62,398 bases of DNA, filler included, from Bradymonadales bacterium (GCA_007693605.1; 5 parts of 5 records of this genome joined end to end with filler, not necessarily neighbours in it), one strand, 5' to 3'. Positions 29,582 to 40,384 are shown, counted from the first letter of the whole stretch. Made by a program: numbers and translations. Notes: generated from the letters alone by a model not told the origin.

Positions 29582-30688
29582 ATGCTCAAGCCTATGAAAA
29601 ACATAAACTTTCAAGACAACTCTAATCTCTATCCAACCAATCAAAAGCTGATCGAGCTTGAGATATCCAATCTTCAGAAACTCAGCGCCGACGACCTTCT
29701 TTCTTATACGCAAAAACTTGCGGCTTCAGAGAGAAAAATCTATGCCGCCGTGATCGAGGCCCTAGAAGAAATCGAGAGAAGAAAGCTCTATCTTGCCAAT
29801 GGCTATTCTTCTCTCTTTCTATTTTGTACAGAAGTCTTAAGGTATTCGGCCGGAGCGGCACAAAGAAGAATCGAGAGTATGCGGCTGATTAAGAATTTCC
29901 CAAGGGCTCAGAAGACAGAAGTTAAAGTGAAGCTCCAGAAGGGAAGCTTGAGCCTTTCGCATTTAAGCCGGGTCTCTAAGGCCCTTCGCTCTCTGCCTCC
30001 CCAGAGCTGTCATGAAAAAATGAAACTTCTGAGTCGGGTAGAAAATACGACTCAAAGGGAGTGTGAGCGAAAGTTGATTGAAGCCGGTGTGCCAGAGATC
30101 AAGAAGAGAGAAGACTTTCGAGTGGCTTCAGCGTCCAGCTATCGACTGTCTGTGACAGTAGATGAAGAGACGAAGGAACTTCTTGAGAAATTTATGGGCC
30201 TGACCGCTCATCAGAACCCTTGGGCGAGGCGAGAGAAAGCCTTGAAGATTGCCCTGAAGTTAGCTCTTCAAGAAGTTGAGAAAAGGAAGCTGGGAGTGAG
30301 AGGGAAGAAGGGGGAGAAGTCTAGAAATTTGACGACTTCCAAAGCGGAAGTCAGAAGGCCTGCTAGAAAGAAGAAAGCCTTTGAAGTTGTTTCCGCTAAG
30401 GAAGCTGTTTCTCTCGGGGATAGCAAACAAGTAATCGTTCAGCCCAAACGCAACCGAAGTCGGCATATTCCAACGGCTGTTCGTGCAAAGGTGTGGGAGA
30501 GAGATGCTGGGGCTTGTGTGTTTGTGGAGCCAAAGACGGGGAGGGCTTGTGGGTCGACATTTATGCTGGAGTGGGATCATTTGCGGGAGTTTTCGAGAGG
30601 GGGAGAGTCGAGTGAGACGAATCTTCGGCTGCTTTGTCGGTCGCACAATAATCAGCGGCGAATATGGGAGAGAGAGGTCTCGCGTTGA
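29582..30688 (+). CDS. HNH endonuclease with long helical N-terminus (DUF222-like architecture)
   Basis: LEEIERRKLY...GYSSLF N-terminal motif; RHIP...VWERD...C...C...EWDH...GG...NLRLLCRSHN C-terminal HNH. Confidence 0.88.
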   Translation: MLKPMKNINFQDNSNLYPTNQKLIELEISNLQKLSADDLLSYTQKLAASERKIYAAVIEALEEIERRKLYLANGYSSLFLFCTEVLRYSAGAAQRRIESMRLIKNFPRAQKTEVKVKLQKGSLSLSHLSRVSKALRSLPPQSCHEKMKLLSRVENTTQRECERKLIEAGVPEIKKREDFRVASASSYRLSVTVDEETKELLEKFMGLTAHQNPWARREKALKIALKLALQEVEKRKLGVRGKKGEKSRNLTTSKAEVRRPARKKKAFEVVSAKEAVSLGDSKQVIVQPKRNRSRHIPTAVRAKVWERDAGACVFVEPKTGRACGSTFMLEWDHLREFSRGGESSETNLRLLCRSHNNQRRIWEREVSR

Positions 30689-30707
30689 AGAAAGGCTCGA
30701 TTGGGGC

Positions 30708-30746
30708 AAAAAAAAGCGGGCTGACCCTCTCACTGAGTCAGCCCGC
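30708..30746 (-). terminator. Intrinsic terminator
   Basis: 10-bp stem GCGGGCTGAC/GTCAGCCCGC followed by U8 on the minus strand. Confidence 0.8.
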
Positions 30747-30800
30747 ACTGGTCTCACTTACTCCGATTCTCACTGAACCTGTTTACACAAAAAGCGTCGG

Positions 30801-31814
30801 TTATTTTTTCCCTAAAGAAGTCAAAAAGTTTGCAATGTTCCCTCCTGGCGGAACTCCCTCGATGTCCCGCTCTTCAGGTTCTAACTGAGTCAGTTCAGAA
30901 CCCTCCAAGGCCCGGGGGAGCAAAAAAGGACTGCCTCCTGGTCCGATGCCGGACTGAGTGGAAAAGTTTCCACCCCGACTTGCAGAGCTCGGGTTCCACA
31001 GGCTCGCTACCAGTTGCTTGGTCAAAAGATCGAAGCTCTCGTTTTCGTCAGAGTTCTCGCTGTCGTTGGCCTCAGCGATTTCGCTGCCTTCCTGGGCTTC
31101 GGCTTGAGCCAAAATGGCCTCTAGCTCTGGGTCCAAAGACTGAGGAAGTTCAGGCAAAGTCCAAGCAAAGCTTGTCTCTTCTGAGTTTGTCCTCGACCAA
31201 GCCTGTGCAATTCGTTGTTTTGGAAGCAGCTCGATTTCTTGAGGAGCTTCTGCGGCTTCTGTTTCATCGGAGTCGTCCTCGCTAGGAGCAGAGGCCTGCC
31301 CAGCAGAAGAGGCGTCCGATTCTTCAGAGCCATGGTCCTTTGATTGCGCGGTCGCCCACTCGGGCCAAGAAAAGTCGAAGATATCTGGCATATCCACTCC
31401 GAGGACGGCCCCCATCATTTGGGCTTGCGAATTCATCATCGCTCCCATAATGGCGAGGTTCACAAGATTTTCCTGCTCCGCCGTTCTTCGTTGGCTATCG
31501 ATTCGGTAGCGTTCCATTTCTGAGGCCAGCCGATTTCGCTCGGCTCTTTCCTCTCGGCTGCCCTCTAAAAATCTATCTTCCTTCGATGATTTTGAATTCG
31601 CATCGTCATCGGAGTGGGCCTTTGCGGAGCTTGAGTCTCCACTCTCGCTCGGCTGGCTGTTAGAAATCGGTTGAGGATTTCCGCCCGAGATCGATTTTGC
31701 AGGCTCCGAGATCTTCGGAAACTGATCAAGAGCCGCTTGTTCACTCACCGATGAGCAAGCCGACAACAACAGACCGCTACTAAGAAGTATTAAGTTAAAG
31801 TGTTTCGTTTTCAT
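30801..31814 (-). CDS. Low-complexity acidic lipoprotein
   Basis: LSAC lipobox; S/E/D-rich; GGAGG RBS, coupled to the upstream gene. Confidence 0.75.
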   Translation of the reverse strand: MKTKHFNLILLSSGLLLSACSSVSEQAALDQFPKISEPAKSISGGNPQPISNSQPSESGDSSSAKAHSDDDANSKSSKEDRFLEGSREERAERNRLASEMERYRIDSQRRTAEQENLVNLAIMGAMMNSQAQMMGAVLGVDMPDIFDFSWPEWATAQSKDHGSEESDASSAGQASAPSEDDSDETEAAEAPQEIELLPKQRIAQAWSRTNSEETSFAWTLPELPQSLDPELEAILAQAEAQEGSEIAEANDSENSDENESFDLLTKQLVASLWNPSSASRGGNFSTQSGIGPGGSPFLLPRALEGSELTQLEPEERDIEGVPPGGNIANFLTSLGKK

Positions 31815-31815
31815 T

Positions 31816-32778
31816 TTACTGTCCTCCCTTTGGAGCCTTTTGATAAAGTTGAACTAATTGACTGCCCGTCTCGACAAGGCCTGTCGTTGCAGGAAAGAGG
31901 CCTCGGGTCACCGCCCGAAAGAAAGGGTCGGTGCTGGCGGTCGGATGAGCGGATGCCTGAAGACAGTCGAGATTCATGTCCTCTTCTTTTACTTGAAGTT
32001 CCGCAGCGCTTTCGAAACCAGACGGCTCGTTCAAAACAAGCTCTGTGGCTACGGGAGTTTCTGTTTCGGCGAGATCCGTGACTGAAGACTCTTCGACAAG
32101 CACCTCAGAAGAAGCTTCGTCTTGCTCGTTTTGTTGAGTGAGGATCTTTAGAAGCTTTAGAAAAGCGGCAAATTCTTCGTCACTCATTCCTTCAGGGCGG
32201 TTCTTGTTCTGGGCTGGCGAGCTTCCGGTTGAGATTACAACTCCACCAGAAGTTTGAGAAGCCGGATTGGTTTCTCTGGGCGGTTCAACAATCTCACTAC
32301 CTTGGGGAAGTGCTTCAGCCTGGCCGCTACGCTCAGCATTATTGGATGCTCTGTCTTCTTCCTCTTCTTCTTCCTTCTTTGGCTTTCGACCAAAGAGTCT
32401 GCCGATTCCATCGGCAACTTTCTGAAGACCTTTGCTGGCAAACTTGGGTCCTCCCAAGATCGCAGCTGCAGCCGCCGCGACGCCGACATTCATCCAACTC
32501 ATGCCGTTATCGCTTCCACCCGAGCTAGAGTTGAATCTTGATTGGCTGCCGCTTATCGGTGTGACATCGCCGGGAGCCGACGGAGCGTTCGAGTTCTGAC
32601 TCGATAGTGCGCTTCGCTGCTGCGAGGCATAGTCCGCTGCGAGCTGATTCCTGGAAGTCTGAGTTGGCGGCGCTTCCACAGGATCAGAAAAGCCGTTGTC
32701 TTTGTTTCCGCATCCCACAAGAACGGCGCTTACAAGAAGAACCGCCCCCAATTTGGGACGATAGAGAAGAGATTTCAT
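31816..32778 (-). CDS. Low-complexity lipoprotein
   Basis: LVGC lipobox; S/E-rich with an internal hydrophobic/amphipathic helix. Confidence 0.75.
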   Translation of the reverse strand: MKSLLYRPKLGAVLLVSAVLVGCGNKDNGFSDPVEAPPTQTSRNQLAADYASQQRSALSSQNSNAPSAPGDVTPISGSQSRFNSSSGGSDNGMSWMNVGVAAAAAAILGGPKFASKGLQKVADGIGRLFGRKPKKEEEEEEDRASNNAERSGQAEALPQGSEIVEPPRETNPASQTSGGVVISTGSSPAQNKNRPEGMSDEEFAAFLKLLKILTQQNEQDEASSEVLVEESSVTDLAETETPVATELVLNEPSGFESAAELQVKEEDMNLDCLQASAHPTASTDPFFRAVTRGLFPATTGLVETGSQLVQLYQKAPKGGQ

Positions 32779-32858
32779 ATTACCCCCTTAGTCTTATTTA
32801 CTGTCTCAAGCTCTGCCCGCCCGAAGGTTCTGGGCCGATCTTGAGGCTCCGCAACTAA

Positions 32859-32875
32859 TGCAAGGCGCGTGCCAA
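32859..32875 (-). promoter_or_regulatory. Sigma54 (-24/-12) promoter
   Basis: TTGGCAC-GCGCC-TTGCA, a perfect consensus about 80 bp upstream of the lipoprotein pair; AT-rich IHF-like tract further upstream. Confidence 0.8.
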
Positions 32876-33135
32876 AGTGCGCAAAAAGGTCATAGCGATC
32901 TAAATATCTGAAATTATTAAAATAATTTTGACAAGTCTATGGCGGGCTCCTTCGGCCAGCTCAGTAACTGCGACATCGCAGCCCCAGTTCGAGCGACTTT
33001 GGTCCCGACAGTCGGTTCTGGAGTCCGTGGTCGAGTCAGCTGAATTCGGTGGACCAGCGGGCGGCTGAGATGCGCCTGGGGAATGCTCCCGAAAAGCCCC
33101 ATCCCCACGCCTGGAAATGAAAATTTTCGAGAGTC

Positions 33136-35058
33136 TTAAGAGTCCTTTTTCTCCGTAAACTCGGCGTCGATCACATCATCGCCCCCAGAGCTCGTGCCCG
33201 AAGCTCCTGAAGAGCCTTCAGAGCTGGCTCCGGCTCCTCCACCCGCACCCGCCGCTTGAGCAGAAGCCTTGTAGGCTTGTTCTGCGAGTTTTTGGCTGAC
33301 TTGGGTCAGGCGCTCTGAGGCTGACTTCACTTCTGTAATCACCTCTGACTTAAGGGCCGCCCTCGCTGTCTCCAAAGCACTTTCAAGTTCAGTTTTCAGG
33401 CTGGCTTCAATCTTAGCTTCCTGCTCTTTCATGGTTTTTTCGGTCTGAGAAATCAACTGATCCAGTTGATTGCGAGCAATCACCAGTTCGTGCTTCTTCT
33501 TATCTTCCTCTCGATTTGCCTCAGCATCTTTCACCATTTGGTCGATCTCTTCTTTCGACAGACCGCTAGAGCTTTCAATGCGAATCTTTTGTTCTTTTCC
33601 ACTCGCTTTGTCTTTGGCAGAAACATTCACAATGCCGTTTGCATCAATGTCGAAGGTGACCTCCACTTGGGGAACTCCCCGAGGCGCGGCAGGAATGCCT
33701 TCCAAAAAGAATCGGCCAAGTGTGCGGTTGTCGGCAGCCATTTCTCTTTCGCCCTGGCAGACATGAATCTCTACACTGGTTTGGTTGTCGGCGGCGGTAG
33801 AGAAGGTCTCACTCTTTCGTGTGGGGATTGTCGTATTCCGATCAATGAGCTTTGTCATCACGCCACCCAGAGTTTCAATTCCCAAAGAGAGGGGAGTCAC
33901 ATCCAAAAGAAGAACATCCTTCACATCTCCAGACAGAACGCCGGCTTGAACCGCGGCTCCAATGGCAACGACCTCATCGGGGTTAACCGACTTGTTGGGC
34001 TCCCTTCCAAAAAACTCCTGAACCACTTGTTGAATCTTTGGAATTCTTGTACTTCCACCCACCAAGATCACTTCGTTCACTTGACTCGCTTGCATTCCCG
34101 CATCGGCCAAAGCCTTTTTGCAGGGTTCCAAACTTCTTTGCACCAAGTCTTCGGTTAGAGCTTCAAATTTACTTCGGGTGAGCTTTAAGTTGAGATGTTT
34201 CGGGCCAGCCGCATCGGCCGTGATAAAGGGTAGATTGATGTCTGTTTCAAGCGTGGCTGACAATTCAATCTTGGCTTTTTCGGCTGCTTCTCGCAATCGC
34301 TGAACGGCCATGGGGTCTTTGGACAAGTCAATTCCCTGATCCTTCTTAAACTCCTCACTCAGCCAATCCATGATTCGAATATCAAAATCATCCCCACCCA
34401 AATGGGTGTCGCCGTTGGTGGCCTTCACTTCGACCACATTGTCGCCCACTTCCACTATCGAAATATCGAAAGTACCACCCCCGAGGTCATAAACCGCGAT
34501 GGTCTCATCTTTCTTCTTATCTAATCCGTAGGCCAGAGCGGCTGCGGTGGGCTCGTTGATAATTCGTTTCACTTCCAAACCGGCAATCTTTCCGGCATCT
34601 TTCGTGGCCTGTCTCTGCGAATCATTAAAATAAGCCGGCACGGTGATCACGGCTTCTGTGACGGGCTGGCCCAAATAGTCTTCGGCCGCTTTTTTCAGCT
34701 TCATCAAGACTTGTGCTGAAATCTCTTGGGGGCTGTAAGATTTGCCAGAAACCTCAAAGCGAGAATCTCCCTTGTCTCCTTTGACCACTTTATAAGGTAC
34801 CTTTTGGATTTCTTGACCCGCCTCATCGAAATTGAGGCCGATAAATCTTTTGGCGGAAAAAATGGTGTTTTGGGGGTTGGTGACGGCCTGTCGTCTTGCC
34901 ACTTGGCCAACCAGTTTTGAGCCATCCTTGGTGAAAGCGACCACCGAAGGGGTCGTTCTTGCCCCCTCTTCATTTGTTAAAACTTTGGGCTCTCCACCCT
35001 CCATAATGGCCACAACCGAATTGGTTGTTCCTAAATCGATTCCGACACAGCGTCCCAT
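33136..35058 (-). CDS. dnaK: Chaperone DnaK (Hsp70)
   Basis: [40 protein letters not shown]-terminus. Confidence 0.99.
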   Translation of the reverse strand: MGRCVGIDLGTTNSVVAIMEGGEPKVLTNEEGARTTPSVVAFTKDGSKLVGQVARRQAVTNPQNTIFSAKRFIGLNFDEAGQEIQKVPYKVVKGDKGDSRFEVSGKSYSPQEISAQVLMKLKKAAEDYLGQPVTEAVITVPAYFNDSQRQATKDAGKIAGLEVKRIINEPTAAALAYGLDKKKDETIAVYDLGGGTFDISIVEVGDNVVEVKATNGDTHLGGDDFDIRIMDWLSEEFKKDQGIDLSKDPMAVQRLREAAEKAKIELSATLETDINLPFITADAAGPKHLNLKLTRSKFEALTEDLVQRSLEPCKKALADAGMQASQVNEVILVGGSTRIPKIQQVVQEFFGREPNKSVNPDEVVAIGAAVQAGVLSGDVKDVLLLDVTPLSLGIETLGGVMTKLIDRNTTIPTRKSETFSTAADNQTSVEIHVCQGEREMAADNRTLGRFFLEGIPAAPRGVPQVEVTFDIDANGIVNVSAKDKASGKEQKIRIESSSGLSKEEIDQMVKDAEANREEDKKKHELVIARNQLDQLISQTEKTMKEQEAKIEASLKTELESALETARAALKSEVITEVKSASERLTQVSQKLAEQAYKASAQAAGAGGGAGASSEGSSGASGTSSGGDDVIDAEFTEKKDS

Positions 35059-35213
35059 TGGCTCTTCTCCTTAAAATTCCTTTTTGACTCGCGAATCCCC
35101 TATGAACTCGCTTTATTTTGGTCCCCTAAGACTTTAGCCTTATATAAGGACACAACTGCAACTTAAGGCTTGTCGAGCAGTCGTCAACTTTTTGAAGGAA
35201 GATTTTATATAAG

Positions 35214-38200
35214 ATGCTGAAATCTCTTTATTCTCAGTCACTCCTAGCGAACCTGCTCACTCCCGCCATTTTTGTCATTGGCCTGATCACCCTCGTTAGG
35301 CTGCCTTTAGAGGTCTTTCCTTCCGTTAATTATGATGTGGTCTCGATCACCACGGTCTTTCCGGGGGCCTCACCCGAACAGGTGGAGCGATTAGTCACCA
35401 ACCCGATCGAAGACGAGGTGAAGACCGTTTTTGGAATTCGAGACCTCTTCAGCACCTCCATTGAAGGCCTTTCAACCATTACGGTCGTTTTGGATCAAGA
35501 CTATCGTTACAAGTCAGAGGTCGTCTCGGATATTCAGAGAGCGGTCGATCGAGTCGAAGCTTTGCCTGCCGAGATTACCGACAGGCCGCTGGTTCAGGAG
35601 CTGAAGTCTGATCGGGAGCCCAGTATTTTGGTGGCTCTGGTGCCAACGGGTGAAATGAGCTCGTCTTTTGAGCCCAGCCTGGAGCATCGAGAGCTGGCGC
35701 TGGCTCTGAAACGAGAATTTGAAAACATTCGTGGGGTCGGGGAGGTTCGCCTCGAAGCTGAGCAAGATCTGGAGTTTATCGTTTCTTTTGATGTCGAAAA
35801 GCTTCGGGCCGCAGGAGTTTCAATAGACGAGATTGTATCTGCCTTTCGACTTCAAAATTTAAGCGTGCCGGCCGGTGAAAGAGAGTTTTCGAGTGGCGTT
35901 GTTCGCTACCGAATTGAAAACGAGCTGACCAATACAAAAGTCATTGGCGATGTGATTTTAAGGGCGAGTATTGATGGACAGATTTTTAGGGTTCGAGATC
36001 TGGCAGAGATTTCTATCGGATTGAAAAAAGCGACCTACTATAGCCGCGCTTCAGGCCAACCGGCTCAAGTTCTTCAGATCATCAAGCAACAGTCTGCGGA
36101 TGTTTTGGATGTGGTGGACGAATTGAAGGAGGTGGCCTCAGGGTTTTTAGATCGAGTGAATACGGCATCGGATCAAGCTTGGAATTGGGAGGTCGTCTAC
36201 GGAAGAGACTTGACCATTCCAGTGCGAGTGAGGAATGAGGCCCTGGCGACGAGCATTTTGATCGGTGGAATTCTTGTCTTTTTGGTTCTGCTTCTGGCCC
36301 TACACTGGAGAACCGCCGTGATTGTTGCGATTGGAATTCCCTTTTCATTTTTGGGCGCGATCATCTTGATGCCAGGGCTTGATTACAGCCTGAATCTGTT
36401 GACGATGTTTGGTTTCGTGGTGGTGCTGGGCATGATTGTTGATGATGCCATTGTGGTGGCCGAGGCGATCTTCAGTCGAATGGAAAAGGGCGAGAGCCGA
36501 GATGTGGCCGTGGTGGAGGGAACCGCTTCGGTTCTTCGACCTGTTTTGGGCTCGGTGGCCACGACCATTTTTGCCTTTGCTCCTCTGGTGATGATGTCCG
36601 GAATTTTCGGCCAGTTCGTGAAGTTTATTCCAATGGTTGTGATCCTTTGCCTCTTGGTTTCACTGGTTGAAGCCTTCTTTTTGTTGCCAAATCATATGCG
36701 AGATTTCGCGAAAATCCCTAGTGCAGAAGAAGGAAAGCGCTTTCACTGGTTTGATCGGCTTCGAGATTTTTACCGAAGCTTTTTGAAACACTGTGTGAGA
36801 TTTCGTTACTTTGTTTTGGTGGGCGGGCTTGTTTTCATTGTTCTCGCAGGCGATCTTCATAAGAAAATGGGAAGTTTTGTGCTGTTTCCGCGAGAGGGCA
36901 TCGATACCGTGATGATCACCTTTGAGGGGCGGCCTGAGCTATCCGTGGCTGAAATGGCTGAGCGAATTCGACCGGTGGAAGAGGCCCTCACAAAATTTTC
37001 TCGAGAAGATGTCCTCTCGGTGATGACGAGCTTGGGGCTGATTCAAACGGGCGGACAGGAGACTCGTCGCACTGGCACGAATTACGCCCAAGTCACGGTC
37101 AATCTGAGTCCGAGCGTTCGAAGAGAACTCGAGGTCTCTCATTTGATTCGAGTGATGACGCCAGTGGTGGAAGAAGTTCCCGATATGTTGACCACCAGCA
37201 TTGAGGAGGCGGCGGGAGGGCCACCGGTCGGAAGACCCGTCAGTATCATTCTCACTCACGACTCTTTTGAGGTTTTAGAAGAAGTCGCGGCTGAGATTCT
37301 ACAGGAACTGGCCTCTATTGAGGGTACCAGAAATGTCTCAGACTCTAATCTTCAGGGAAAGTTTGAAGCGATCTACGAAATCGACTTTTTAAGGGCACTT
37401 CAGGCTGGGGTTTCAACGGCGAGTGTGGGTTTGGGTCTTCAGATGCTTGTCGAGGGCGCGGTGATTCAGCAGATCCGTGGAGAGAATGAGAGGATGGGCC
37501 TTCGGTTGAAATTGAAGGGAGATGAGGCTCCAGAAGAACTTCTTTCGCAACTGAGTGTGTTGAGCCGATCAGGAGAGCTGCTACCCTTAGATCGGCTTTT
37601 AAAGAAAGTGGATTCCGGTTCCGGGCGATACTCCATCAAGCACTATCAAGGTCAACGCTCGATTTCCGTCTATGCCGATGTAGAGACTTCGATCGTTACC
37701 GCATCGCGAGCCAACCAATTAATGGAGACAAGATTTTCTGAGTGGAAAACGCGTTTTCCGGGCTTGAAGATCTACTCTTTGGGCGAAAATCGAGATACCC
37801 AAGAGAGTTTTGAGTCTTTGAAGGAGGCTTTGACCTTCGCACTCATTGGTGTGATTTTTGTGGTGATTCTGACCTTGGGGAGTTTGTGGCTTCCTTTGGT
37901 CGTGTTGATGTCGTCGGTGCCTTTGGGAGTCGCGGGAGTTTTGATTGTTTTTGTTCTGGATCAAAGACCTTTGAGCTTTCTGGCGGCCTTTGGAATCGTT
38001 GGTTTTATCGGGGTGGCGGTGAATGTCGGGATTGTTTTAGTCGATCGAATTCAGAAATTGACGAAGGAGCTTCCTTACCGTGAAGCTTTGATTGAGGGTT
38101 CGGTCGAGAGGTTGCGGGCAGTTTTGCTCACTTCGGTGACCACTGTTTTTGGTCTGATGCCGACCGCTTATGGTTGGGGTGGGGGTGATCCCTTTTTACA

Positions 38201-38333
38201 ACCGATGGCTTTGGCATTGGGCTGGGGCGTGGCATTTGCCACTCTTTCCGGAATTGTCTTTACACCGGTCATTTTGGCGGTTGGAGATGACATTCTTGGA
38301 ATCTTTGGCAAAGGCTCTTTGGCCAAGAAGTGA
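35214..38333 (+). CDS. RND efflux transporter permease (AcrB/AcrD/AcrF family)
   Basis: 1039 aa; GMIVDDAIVVAE, RLRAVLLTSVTT. Confidence 0.95.
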   Translation: MLKSLYSQSLLANLLTPAIFVIGLITLVRLPLEVFPSVNYDVVSITTVFPGASPEQVERLVTNPIEDEVKTVFGIRDLFSTSIEGLSTITVVLDQDYRYKSEVVSDIQRAVDRVEALPAEITDRPLVQELKSDREPSILVALVPTGEMSSSFEPSLEHRELALALKREFENIRGVGEVRLEAEQDLEFIVSFDVEKLRAAGVSIDEIVSAFRLQNLSVPAGEREFSSGVVRYRIENELTNTKVIGDVILRASIDGQIFRVRDLAEISIGLKKATYYSRASGQPAQVLQIIKQQSADVLDVVDELKEVASGFLDRVNTASDQAWNWEVVYGRDLTIPVRVRNEALATSILIGGILVFLVLLLALHWRTAVIVAIGIPFSFLGAIILMPGLDYSLNLLTMFGFVVVLGMIVDDAIVVAEAIFSRMEKGESRDVAVVEGTASVLRPVLGSVATTIFAFAPLVMMSGIFGQFVKFIPMVVILCLLVSLVEAFFLLPNHMRDFAKIPSAEEGKRFHWFDRLRDFYRSFLKHCVRFRYFVLVGGLVFIVLAGDLHKKMGSFVLFPREGIDTVMITFEGRPELSVAEMAERIRPVEEALTKFSREDVLSVMTSLGLIQTGGQETRRTGTNYAQVTVNLSPSVRRELEVSHLIRVMTPVVEEVPDMLTTSIEEAAGGPPVGRPVSIILTHDSFEVLEEVAAEILQELASIEGTRNVSDSNLQGKFEAIYEIDFLRALQAGVSTASVGLGLQMLVEGAVIQQIRGENERMGLRLKLKGDEAPEELLSQLSVLSRSGELLPLDRLLKKVDSGSGRYSIKHYQGQRSISVYADVETSIVTASRANQLMETRFSEWKTRFPGLKIYSLGENRDTQESFESLKEALTFALIGVIFVVILTLGSLWLPLVVLMSSVPLGVAGVLIVFVLDQRPLSFLAAFGIVGFIGVAVNVGIVLVDRIQKLTKELPYREALIEGSVERLRAVLLTSVTTVFGLMPTAYGWGGGDPFLQPMALALGWGVAFATLSGIVFTPVILAVGDDILGIFGKGSLAKK

Positions 38334-38390
38334 AGAACAGCTGTTTCAAAATGACTATTCAAATGAGAGATAGCTCGTTAGGCTGAGTTC

Positions 38391-39248
38391 ATGTTTCCTG
38401 CAGTCATTCCAGTGGCGGGCGTCGGAACTCGCTCTCTTCCCGCCTCCAAAGTGGTTCCCAAAGAGTTGATGCCCGTCTTTGATCGCCCGATTGTACAGCA
38501 TATTGTTGAAGAGCTGGTGAGTTCGGGCGCCAAGCGGGTCGTCTTTGTCAGCTCTCGAGGAAAGTCTCTGATTGAAGATCATTTCGATCGACAGCCTGAG
38601 CTAGAGGCCTTTTTGGAGTCGAGAGGCAAATCGGAACTTCTTCAAGAAGTGAGGCGCTTGAGTGATCTGATCGAAGTCTCGAGTGTACGACAAAAGGAGG
38701 CCAAGGGGCTAGGTCACGCAGTCGGAATGGCGAGGGATTTGATTCAGAGTTCTCATTTTTTTGTCTTGCTGGGCGATGAGATGACTGTCGCCAAGCCGAG
38801 TTCGGTAGAGCAGCTTTTGCAGGTTTTAGAGGCCATCCCGAGTTCAGAGAGAGAAGGCTCAGGCGTGGTGATGTTGATGAAGGTGGGAGAGTCTGAAGTT
38901 TCGAAGTACGGAATTTGTGAGTTACAGGATGGCCGCGTAAAAAAGTGTCTTGAGAAACCTCAGGCTTCTCAGACCAATTCTCGCTGGGCCATTACGGGTC
39001 GCTACCTCTTGCCTCGCACATGCTTTGAGCACCTAAAGTCTTTGTCGGCCGGAGCCGGAGGAGAGATTCAGTTAACCGATGCTCTGCAGTGTTTGGCTGA
39101 AGAGGGAAAACTTTACCCCTGTTATTTTGAAGGGGATCGCTTTGACGCCGGTGATCGGCTCGGCTTTTTGAAAGCCAACCTACACTTCTATTTGAAGTCT
39201 GAAATGGCAGGAGAACTCAAAGACTATTTACGAGGGATTTTGAAATGA
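38391..39248 (+). CDS. galU: UTP-glucose-1-phosphate uridylyltransferase
   Basis: PVAGVGTRSLPASK..PKE, GLGHAV, GGEIQLTDAL. Confidence 0.93.
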   Translation: MFPAVIPVAGVGTRSLPASKVVPKELMPVFDRPIVQHIVEELVSSGAKRVVFVSSRGKSLIEDHFDRQPELEAFLESRGKSELLQEVRRLSDLIEVSSVRQKEAKGLGHAVGMARDLIQSSHFFVLLGDEMTVAKPSSVEQLLQVLEAIPSSEREGSGVVMLMKVGESEVSKYGICELQDGRVKKCLEKPQASQTNSRWAITGRYLLPRTCFEHLKSLSAGAGGEIQLTDALQCLAEEGKLYPCYFEGDRFDAGDRLGFLKANLHFYLKSEMAGELKDYLRGILK

Positions 39249-39940
39249 CTTTAACTCTGATTATTTTATCCTTGAGCTTTCAGTTGGGGGCGGAAACCGA
39301 GGAGCAGGTTTGGGAGCCTCAGAGTCTAGAGGAGCTTGACGCCTCACTCTTGCGACAAAGATTGGTGGCCGCCTATGGCGAGAGTCGTGCTTATCGAAAC
39401 TCGCGTTGGGAAGTTTCCAAGGGTGGTCAAACCCAAGTCTGGACATGGGAGGCGGGGCGCTTCCGCTGCCCGCAACCAGAGGAGTGGAACTGTGAAGACT
39501 GGGTTCCGGTGAGTTTCTTGTGGTGGCAATCTAGAAATCAATGGCTTCAGCGCTGGACGAATTTTGTTCGTCGAGGTTTTTCTCTTGATGAGGCGGGGCA
39601 ATCTTTGCCGTCTGGCGGGGCTTCGTTCGTGATGAATCGGGCCTTTGAAGATGACGAGGGCGGCTTTGACGAAAATTTTGAGGCTGAACTGCCGCCAGTT
39701 GAAATTGCCGGAAGGAGAATGGCTCTTGAAACTTGGGAGTGGGTCTCGGATACAGGGGAAAGAGTGAAGGTATCTTCGTCTTTGCGTCCCCCCTATTGGA
39801 TCGAAAGACTCGAAACTGCGAATTCCGTCGAATACATCGAGTGGACTCGTCCGAACACTTGGACACGGCCAAGCATTCAGAGCTTGGTTCTAGACCGCGG
39901 GGGTCATCGTGTCAGCTATCGATTTTTGCCAAACGAGTAA
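39245..39940 (+). CDS. Hypothetical exported protein
   Basis: ATGA overlap with galU; signal-like N-terminus; Trp-rich. Confidence 0.65.
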   Translation: MTLTLIILSLSFQLGAETEEQVWEPQSLEELDASLLRQRLVAAYGESRAYRNSRWEVSKGGQTQVWTWEAGRFRCPQPEEWNCEDWVPVSFLWWQSRNQWLQRWTNFVRRGFSLDEAGQSLPSGGASFVMNRAFEDDEGGFDENFEAELPPVEIAGRRMALETWEWVSDTGERVKVSSSLRPPYWIERLETANSVEYIEWTRPNTWTRPSIQSLVLDRGGHRVSYRFLPNE

Positions 39941-40074
39941 GCTTTCGACGGAAGGCCGGAAGCTTTTACGACTTTCAATCACCAGAGTTCGTGGCGAGCT
40001 TGATTTTGCGGGGCTTCACTTGGGCATGGGTCTTGCTCCCTTTGGCTTGAAAAGAGCAAAGGAGAAAAAGATTC

Positions 40075-40323
40075 ATGAAAACAAAGGTTTTTCGAATTTC
40101 AAGCTTCAGGGCGCAGACCATGACAGAGTATCTTTTGCTGGTCTGCCTGCTTGCGGTGGCTTTGATTCCGGTGACGACGATTCTATCGAAAGTCATTCAA
40201 GAACAGGTGAATGTTTCTGCCCGCCGAATTGCCGGCATGAGTGCCGAATCTGATGCCAAACGAGTCGCCGAACAAGCCAAGGGAAAAACCAAGCGCGATT
40301 TGGCTGACTTTCATCATCAGTAA
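40075..40323 (+). CDS. Flp-type (type IVc) pilin-like protein
   Basis: Basic leader, A|QTMTEY, hydrophobic helix; AAGGAG RBS. Confidence 0.75.
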   Translation: MKTKVFRISSFRAQTMTEYLLLVCLLAVALIPVTTILSKVIQEQVNVSARRIAGMSAESDAKRVAEQAKGKTKRDLADFHHQ

Positions 40324-40384
40324 CGAACCTGAACGAAGGGCCAATGGGCCTTTAGCGACACTCCGATGAAAGGAGAAACGGAAA

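Noticed and set aside
29582..30688. IscB/Cas9-like nuclease or CRISPR locus
   Set aside because: No RuvC or PLMP motifs, and I saw no repeat-spacer array anywhere in the window
33466..34158. 230-aa antisense ORF within dnaK, and similar shadows in polA, the RND gene and the helicase
   Set aside because: Typical antisense shadow ORFs of conserved genes
35130..35175. CIRCE or sigma32 element upstream of dnaK
   Set aside because: No TTAGCACTC-N9-GAGTGCTAA; only a loose sigma32-like match, too weak to call
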